From a virus, in the IMG/VR virus record IMGVR_UViG_3300046787_000316, positions 64,001-128,000 of that record: 64,000 nt of DNA, one strand, 5' to 3'. How positions within the stretch are numbered: position 1 is the stretch's first letter; each line of letters begins with the position of its first letter. Positions 58,374-64,000 of the stretch are shown in pieces. Made by a program: the position numbers and the translations under genes. Below the pieces are notes generated by a model. It worked only from the letters and a program-made list of their open reading frames with translations. It made no database searches and was not told where the DNA came from.

Positions 58374-59021
58374 TTAAACTTCATTTTCTTGTGATTCAAT
58401 TACTGTACTCATGTGGTCTGCCCAATGCATTATGTATGGAATTTTGTATTTCATACGTTTTGTAATATCAAATACTTTTAAATATTTAGTATTATCTTCA
58501 TCGTACAATCCATCTGTAAGTTTCATACCAAAGTATTCAGCCTCGGTAACTTCGATACCATATTGCTGCAATAAGAACATAGTTCTATCGGTATGAGTCA
58601 TGTGAGATAATTCTGGGTTAGCTATAAATACTTTACCCTGATTCTTAATATGCCAATCTGATGGATTAGCTATGTAGTAAGGTTTACCTTTAGAACCCAA
58701 CTTACCTAAATCGTGATGTAATGCACAGAATACTAATTCTTCATCTGTAAAATCTACTTGCCCACCTATACTGACAAATAGTTCTTTTACTTTTAATGCA
58801 TTCTTACAAACATTAAAAATATGGTCTATATAACCACCTGTATAACAATTATGATATCCAGCATTTCCACTTGCTGGTGATATTACAAGATTGATTCCTA
58901 ATTCTTGTTCTGAATACATGAACAATAGTTTTTCCAATCTATCACCTGTGAAGTATTTCTTTACTACTCCTAAAAACCTTTGATAATTTTCTGTTAATTC
59001 TTTTTCTGTTTTTTGCTTCAT
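58374..59021 (-). CDS. HD-domain phosphohydrolase
   Basis: YHNCYTGGYIDHIFNV, ALHHDLGK, HWADH. Confidence 0.85.
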   Translation of the reverse strand: MKQKTEKELTENYQRFLGVVKKYFTGDRLEKLLFMYSEQELGINLVISPASGNAGYHNCYTGGYIDHIFNVCKNALKVKELFVSIGGQVDFTDEELVFCALHHDLGKLGSKGKPYYIANPSDWHIKNQGKVFIANPELSHMTHTDRTMFLLQQYGIEVTEAEYFGMKLTDGLYDEDNTKYLKVFDITKRMKYKIPYIMHWADHMSTVIESQENEV

Positions 59022-59059
59022 TGCTGTCTGTTTAAAGTTTAATAATTAAAATAATACTC

Positions 59060-59091
59060 CAAATATACGAAATTTTTTTGAATTTTCCAAA
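59060..59091 (-). promoter_or_regulatory. Bacteroidota sigma70-type promoter
   Basis: TTTG-N20-TATATTTG upstream of the HD gene. Confidence 0.8.
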
Positions 59092-59094
59092 TAT

Positions 59095-59409
59095 TTAGAG
59101 AGTTATTTCTTTTTTAGTTAGAATTTTAAATAAAATCTCAACCTCTTCTTCGGTTTGCAGCTCAGGCAAATCATCATCAAATAATCTCATTGTGTAAATT
59201 GTATTTCCGTTGGAATCTTTTAGGTTATCGGAATCGGAACTAAAAAGAGTTGGTATATCTTCGACATACATCAGTTCTTCTTCATCGACATCTATTAATG
59301 GTATAACGTAATAATGGAAAGAGCCATTACCATCGTTACCCTCTACTTTGTGCGCTTTCCATTTAAGGAAGCTAGCATCTGTTATTGGTGTTTGCGGTAC
59401 TATTATCAT
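59095..59409 (-). CDS. Hypothetical acidic protein
   Basis: 104-aa ORF with its own promoter. Confidence 0.7.
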   Translation of the reverse strand: MIIVPQTPITDASFLKWKAHKVEGNDGNGSFHYYVIPLIDVDEEELMYVEDIPTLFSSDSDNLKDSNGNTIYTMRLFDDDLPELQTEEEVEILFKILTKKEITL

Positions 59410-59414
59410 AGTAA

Positions 59415-59446
59415 CAAATATAATGAATTTTTGTTACATTTACAAA
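59415..59446 (-). promoter_or_regulatory. Bacteroidota sigma70-type promoter
   Basis: TTTG-N20-TATATTTG. Confidence 0.8.
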
Positions 59447-59456
59447 TAAAATATTA

Positions 59457-60023
59457 TTAGATTATTGTTTTTTTAGATATATCCATTGCATATTTTTCAC
59501 CCCTTGGAAATGATACATCATCTAAATTATCAATTGAAATGTAATTTTGAAGTAATTTAAACCCATCCCCATAATATAAACTTTCGTAAGTAATTTTGAA
59601 ATAGTTTGGATTATTAATGAAATCATTAGTAATACCATTTGTTACTCTATCGAATTGCTGTATTATTTCCAAATCATCTACTATGGTATTTGAATCATAC
59701 TTCCATGCGTTATTCCACTTACCCGTCAACATAGCATTATTAAATGATAGTAATTGCTCTCGTTTGTTCTCTCTATATAATACGATTATCTTATCCGAAA
59801 TGGATAATAATTTAGAATAGTCTATATCATATTGATATATTTCTTTTACGAATAAATGTTCAGTATCGTATTTCCATTGAGTTGGGCACACGCCATTCTT
59901 AAACCACTTTAAAGTTGAATTAGTAATAGGTTCGTATAATGTTGTGAATTTGGTTTGATTATAAAACCAATTAGCTAAATTAGTAGAGCCGCTTCTTGGT
60001 TCAGCAATCACTGTAATGACCAT
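59457..60023 (-). CDS. Sulfotransferase-like (Stf0-type P-loop) protein
   Basis: AEPRSGSTNL, LYEPI, VLYREN, ITYESLY. Confidence 0.7.
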   Translation of the reverse strand: MVITVIAEPRSGSTNLANWFYNQTKFTTLYEPITNSTLKWFKNGVCPTQWKYDTEHLFVKEIYQYDIDYSKLLSISDKIIVLYRENKREQLLSFNNAMLTGKWNNAWKYDSNTIVDDLEIIQQFDRVTNGITNDFINNPNYFKITYESLYYGDGFKLLQNYISIDNLDDVSFPRGEKYAMDISKKTII

Positions 60024-60027
60024 AATA

Positions 60028-60135
60028 CTATGTGTGCTTAACTTTTATTAAGTTAATTACAGTTTGTATCATTGCTAAACATTTTTCTTTTTGTGTAATT
60101 GTTAGTGGTTTAACCACTTTAACTATATTTCCCAT
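60028..60135 (-). CDS. 35-aa peptide
   Basis: MGNIVKVVKPLTITQKEKCLAMIQTVINLIKVKHT; fills the gap between 60143 and 60023 with 7- and 4-nt spacers. Confidence 0.6.
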   Translation of the reverse strand: MGNIVKVVKPLTITQKEKCLAMIQTVINLIKVKHT

Positions 60136-60142
60136 ATATTAA

Positions 60143-61528
60143 TTATTTTTGATTTGGGCAATAATTGTGAATTACCAAGGTATTTAAAATCTCATTGGAA
60201 TTAGTCCCAGCTATAAATACATCGGATGGTTCTATATCTATCGTTGTTATTGAACCTGTGAAGTATTCATTATCAATAGATGTAATAGTGGATGTAATAT
60301 CCGATGAGTTAAAAATGGTATCGCCTTCTACTAAATCAATTACATTTTTAAACTTCACTACGCCATCAACGTTTACCAATAACATTTTTCCCGTTGGTAA
60401 TAATGAATATCCGACATTATCCCCATTTGTATATGTAATTTTATTCAACCAATCTTCAGTCGGTTTATGTATAATACTAACTACCGATGCGCTGGTATAT
60501 GATATAAGTGATTCAACACTTCCTGTATATTCCCATTCAAATGTCTGCTGTCTATTGAAATCATATCCAAGTGTATCTATTAATAGTGCTTTAACATTAT
60601 CACCAATTTGAATATCAGCCGCAGCTGTTTCGATAAAACTTCCATCTTCCTGCATCACATCAATTTTATAATCGGATGGGATACCTTCATCAGATACTCT
60701 GTTTGGATTTGAAAAAAACATATATCTTGATTTGTTGTTTAATTTCAAATCAGTATATTCGATAATTGTTTCATCCAATGGTATTTGATTAGAATGCAAA
60801 TATCCACCCAAATCTATAATTTCCGAAAGTTGGTTTGTTATGAGATACCACTGCCTAATGTGAGTAGTTATTGAACCACTTTCTATATTAGTTGGAGAAA
60901 ATTTATATTCTTGCAAAAACAAACCAGTATTCAAATTTGACTTAACGGATTCAAGTTCATCCAAAGTATCTACCTTTATAAATTCGGGATACATTGATTT
61001 ATCAAAATCAGGTAATTGTTTTTTAGAAATTAAATTAGGTATTTCGCCATTATCGTTTATAGATGTAAGAGTATCTAAAACTTCACCATTGTAAGTAGTA
61101 AATGTTTTTGGAAGTATGCTTCCCGAACCACCTTCAAATAATAAATTTATTAATTCATTTTTATCTCTACAATATGTATCATCTAATATTGCTTGCGCAT
61201 TATATGCAAACCTTAAATTTAATGTAGAACTATCATCCGTATAAGAAGGTATTGTTACTCCATTAGCTGGGATTATAATTTCATCAAATATAACATTATT
61301 TAATGTACATTTTTCTTTTATAATATCGACAACAAATTTAGATACAAATTGAGATTTATATATAATACGAAGAGTTGAGAACTCATTCGATACTATATAG
61401 TTAAAAAGACCATCGAAATCAAAATAAGAACTCTTAGCATAAGACAGATTAATATCTGTATTCATTTCTAAAAGTAAAATATCTTCATCGGTTGTAATGA
61501 AGTCAACACCTAATAATACACTGTTCAT
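60143..61528 (-). CDS. Circularly permuted ATP-grasp-like ligase fused to a C-terminal Hint domain
   Basis: N-terminal GVDF...LLEMN, then LPKTF, ISKKQLP, FLQEY; Hint-like GIPSDYKI...DIQIGDNV...IDIEPSDVFIAG...VIHN. Confidence 0.65.
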   Translation of the reverse strand: MNSVLLGVDFITTDEDILLLEMNTDINLSYAKSSYFDFDGLFNYIVSNEFSTLRIIYKSQFVSKFVVDIIKEKCTLNNVIFDEIIIPANGVTIPSYTDDSSTLNLRFAYNAQAILDDTYCRDKNELINLLFEGGSGSILPKTFTTYNGEVLDTLTSINDNGEIPNLISKKQLPDFDKSMYPEFIKVDTLDELESVKSNLNTGLFLQEYKFSPTNIESGSITTHIRQWYLITNQLSEIIDLGGYLHSNQIPLDETIIEYTDLKLNNKSRYMFFSNPNRVSDEGIPSDYKIDVMQEDGSFIETAAADIQIGDNVKALLIDTLGYDFNRQQTFEWEYTGSVESLISYTSASVVSIIHKPTEDWLNKITYTNGDNVGYSLLPTGKMLLVNVDGVVKFKNVIDLVEGDTIFNSSDITSTITSIDNEYFTGSITTIDIEPSDVFIAGTNSNEILNTLVIHNYCPNQK

Positions 61529-61581
61529 AATTGTAAATCTATATAGTATATATATCTCTAAAAAATAAAAATATCAAAGGA

Positions 61582-62175
61582 TTACATCAATACCTTACTA
61601 TCTTTTCTGTATTTTTTGGATGGATTCATATATTCAAATGCATCGTTATAATTCAAACCGCATCCGATACTTTCAAATGTATTTTTTGCTAATTCAAAAT
61701 TTGTAGAGTATAAATCCTCATACCATATCATCGGCAAGTTGGTTATTTTTTGAAAATGAATAATTAAATCAATATATTGATTGACGGTATCCATATATTC
61801 GATATCCATTACCGATGGGTTATGTATATATGTTCCATGCCATACTGTGAATCCATCGTAATATCCATTTCGCTCTATAATTTCTTTACACTTCGATATA
61901 CCATTACACTCACTTTCCCAACTAGCAATTCTATCACGTCTACTTATTAATATAGTTTTATCAAATGTTTTAGAAAATTCCCACAACTCTTCAATACTAT
62001 TGTGTTGATTTATTAATGTTTTTAAAACAACATTTTTTTGATATGGGTTATATAGATTATATGACGCATTTGGATTGAATGGTTCTATTATTTGTTTTAA
62101 ATTTAGTGTAGAAGCAATTGCATTGGTTAATGTAGTTGTCCCACTTCTAGCAGTGCCGATTATTAGTATTTTCAT
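61582..62175 (-). CDS. Sulfotransferase-like protein
   Basis: GTARSGTTTL, IEPFNP, ISRRD, IWYEDLY. Confidence 0.7.
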   Translation of the reverse strand: MKILIIGTARSGTTTLTNAIASTLNLKQIIEPFNPNASYNLYNPYQKNVVLKTLINQHNSIEELWEFSKTFDKTILISRRDRIASWESECNGISKCKEIIERNGYYDGFTVWHGTYIHNPSVMDIEYMDTVNQYIDLIIHFQKITNLPMIWYEDLYSTNFELAKNTFESIGCGLNYNDAFEYMNPSKKYRKDSKVLM

Positions 62176-62648
62176 ATTATACTCCTTGTAATAACTTCGC
62201 CATAAAACTTATTTATCATTTCAACATCATTATAATGTTTTATGGAATTACTATCGCCATTCTTTATCAATTCACTCTTATTATAATGTATATCGGATAG
62301 TTTCGCCATTCGTATCTCACAATCACCCATATCAATTAAATCGTATGTTTGATTATCTACCAAATAGAATGCGCCAAATTTGTTATTCTTTTTGAACCAA
62401 TATGTTTTATTTATAAGTCCAAATTTCTGCTCCCCTATAAATGTAAAATTATAATGATTCTGTAAAATTTCAAAATATTTAATATCGGATGTATTTAATG
62501 CTAGATTTAGATTACCAACATTTCTAGCTATTATATTGTGATAACGTAATACGGATGAACCGCCTAATATTATATTTCCATCTGTTAAATTATGAAAATC
62601 GTTAAATATAATATTATTAAAATCACTAGTGAAGTTCAGTTGTATCAT
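62172..62648 (-). CDS. Minimal nucleotidyltransferase-fold protein (acidic motif degenerate)
   Basis: ILGGSSVL...RNVGNLNLAL...KHYND. Confidence 0.45.
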   Translation of the reverse strand: MIQLNFTSDFNNIIFNDFHNLTDGNIILGGSSVLRYHNIIARNVGNLNLALNTSDIKYFEILQNHYNFTFIGEQKFGLINKTYWFKKNNKFGAFYLVDNQTYDLIDMGDCEIRMAKLSDIHYNKSELIKNGDSNSIKHYNDVEMINKFYGEVITRSII

Positions 62649-62649
62649 A

Positions 62650-62871
62650 TTATTTTATTGTATTCTTTCGTAATCCGTATTTAATCCACTTATACCAAAT
62701 TCGTTCGTGAATATAATATTGAATCGGCTTATATACCAATTCTGCAATACCAAACGCAGTTCCAACTTTAATTGAACCACTTATCCACCACATTAAGATA
62801 AACCCTATCAAGGTACTTAAAATACGATATGATATGGTTTTGGCTATATGTCTTTTTCTCGTAACTATCAT
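62650..62871 (-). CDS. DUF2061-like small membrane protein
   Basis: KRHIAKTISYRILSTL...YYIHERIWYK. Confidence 0.8.
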   Translation of the reverse strand: MIVTRKRHIAKTISYRILSTLIGFILMWWISGSIKVGTAFGIAELVYKPIQYYIHERIWYKWIKYGLRKNTIK

Positions 62872-63377
62872 ATTAATCCAATTTGATTATTTGAAATATT
62901 TTTTCTATATCGTTCATTTGAATTTTTATCAAAGATATCCTCGTAATATGTTATTGGGATATTTAATGTATTACTAAGAACAAGCAATTCGGAATCCCAA
63001 CGAATGATATCGACTTCGTATTTCTCTACATTTGGTGGAGTTTTCCATACATAATGTTTTAATGAATTGAAATTTTTATGATTGTGATGCTGGAGATATG
63101 CCCAGCTTTCCGAACACTCTTTTAAATCTCGTCTACTTAAAAGTATGACTTTATCAAATTCCTTAACTAATTCAATATATGCATCAATCGCCGTATCAAA
63201 CCCATTAGGACAATGATACATCATAGTTTTAACAACAACATCAGTTGGGAGAATACCATACCTATATCGTTTTGGGTCAAATGGTTCAAATATAAATGGT
63301 ATCCGATATTCTTCACTATACCGACTCATTAATGAAGTTGAGCCGGTTCTCGGAAGAGCTATTATTAATATTCTCAT
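62868..63377 (-). CDS. Sulfotransferase-like protein
   Basis: ALPRTGSTSL, FEPFDP, LSRRD, TYYEDIF. Confidence 0.7.
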   Translation of the reverse strand: MRILIIALPRTGSTSLMSRYSEEYRIPFIFEPFDPKRYRYGILPTDVVVKTMMYHCPNGFDTAIDAYIELVKEFDKVILLSRRDLKECSESWAYLQHHNHKNFNSLKHYVWKTPPNVEKYEVDIIRWDSELLVLSNTLNIPITYYEDIFDKNSNERYRKNISNNQIGLI

Positions 63378-63757
63378 TATCCTTTAGTTTCATCATAAGT
63401 AATAGTGCCATCCGGCATCATGTGACCTGTTCTAATAGCAGTTCCGCTTATCTGTGCAACATCGGTTGGCGGTTCGTGGTAGATAACATCATACCCCACA
63501 CCTCTTCCATAATTGATTGATTCAATATCGGGAATAATTGATAATAATACCTTATCCCAATTATTCATAAAGAATGGTTCGTTCATTAGTTCTATCATAA
63601 CTTGGTGAGCAGTTTTCGGATTATTCCCATCAACCTCCACATCTCTAATTGCAACCCAAACATACTTTCCCTTTTCCAATTGTTGGTTAATCAGCCATTC
63701 GTGTCCTTTATGCCAATTTTGCCAACGTCCTACATACATTGCGTACTTTTTACTCAT
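63377..63757 (-). CDS. HxGH (cytidylyltransferase-like) nucleotidyltransferase
   Basis: YVGRWQNWHKGH, ISGTAIR. Confidence 0.8.
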   Translation of the reverse strand: MSKKYAMYVGRWQNWHKGHEWLINQQLEKGKYVWVAIRDVEVDGNNPKTAHQVMIELMNEPFFMNNWDKVLLSIIPDIESINYGRGVGYDVIYHEPPTDVAQISGTAIRTGHMMPDGTITYDETKG

Positions 63758-63763
63758 TGTTTT

Positions 63764-64000
63764 TTAATTTAATTTATCAATAATTTTGGTGAGTTCATCA
63801 TTAAATCCATTTCTGATTATCATTTGTTTCCATTGGTCTACTTTAAATAATCTAAATTCTTCGTTATTATTAACTACACTCTTATCTAACCAAATATGGT
63901 CGAACCCAACCGGCTTTTCATTGTGTGTTTGTGGAATATCAATCCATTGTGGGAGATATCCTACACCATCCACCATCCCATCGTAAAATTGTACGTGAGT
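63764..64000 (-). CDS. Hypothetical protein (partial, starts beyond window end)
   Basis: Frame open from 64000 (THVQFYDGMVDGVGY...) to the stop at 63764. Confidence 0.6.
   Translation of the reverse strand, partial: THVQFYDGMVDGVGYLPQWIDIPQTHNEKPVGFDHIWLDKSVVNNNEEFRLFKVDQWKQMIIRNGFNDELTKIIDKLN

Noticed and set aside
60164-60685. Canonical splicing intein
   Set aside because: No N-terminal Cys/Ser, block B degenerate, +1 residue is Tyr, and the C-extein would be only 6 aa
1082-63986. About 40 plus-strand ORFs of 60-191 aa in the track
   Set aside because: All lie antisense to long minus-strand genes, have shadow-frame composition (Ser/Pro/Leu/Phe-rich) and show no motifs or upstream signals
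1-64000. Stop-codon reassignment as in some large phages
   Set aside because: Standard-code ORFs tile the window densely, and TAA, TGA (5795, 15808) and TAG (4684, 60028) all end genes at tight junctions
1-64000. Bacterial chromosome O-antigen/capsule locus or giant (NCLDV) virus origin
   Set aside because: No flippase, Wzy, ABC exporter or housekeeping context; contractile-tail baseplate genes and a gp55-like sigma indicate a tailed phage

Overview
AT-rich (roughly 30% GC by eye), gene-dense segment of a large myovirus-type (jumbo-like) phage genome. All but one gene lie on the minus strand, and the standard genetic code is used. Eight TTTG-N20-TAnnTTT(G/A) promoters match the Bacteroidota primary-sigma consensus and point to a Bacteroidota host. 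In plus-strand order the window holds: (1) a 1390-aa multidomain, probably head-packaged polyprotein; (2) a ~21 kb nucleotide-sugar/glycosylation cluster (GT7-LamG x2, GT2-, GT4-, GT10- and DUF6734-like transferases, RmlC, three SDRs, a minimal split TPP enzyme, SGNH proteins, radical SAM, 2OG-Fe(II) oxygenase, methyltransferases); (3) an S74-chaperoned tail fibre; (4) a lone plus-strand RHH regulator, a single-chain SbcD-SbcC (Mre11-Rad50), a primase and a T7-endonuclease-I-like resolvase; (5) a baseplate/tail module (gp25-, gp6-, gp7- and gp5-like, split tail-collar domain); (6) carbamoyltransferase, a gp55-like sigma factor, peptide deformylase, UV endonuclease and an HD protein; (7) a module with three sulfotransferase-like genes, DUF2061, an HxGH nucleotidyltransferase, and a circularly permuted ATP-grasp fused to a degenerate Hint domain next to a 35-aa peptide. 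No tRNA, rRNA, CRISPR array or transposase was seen. All family calls come from motif recognition by eye, without database searches.
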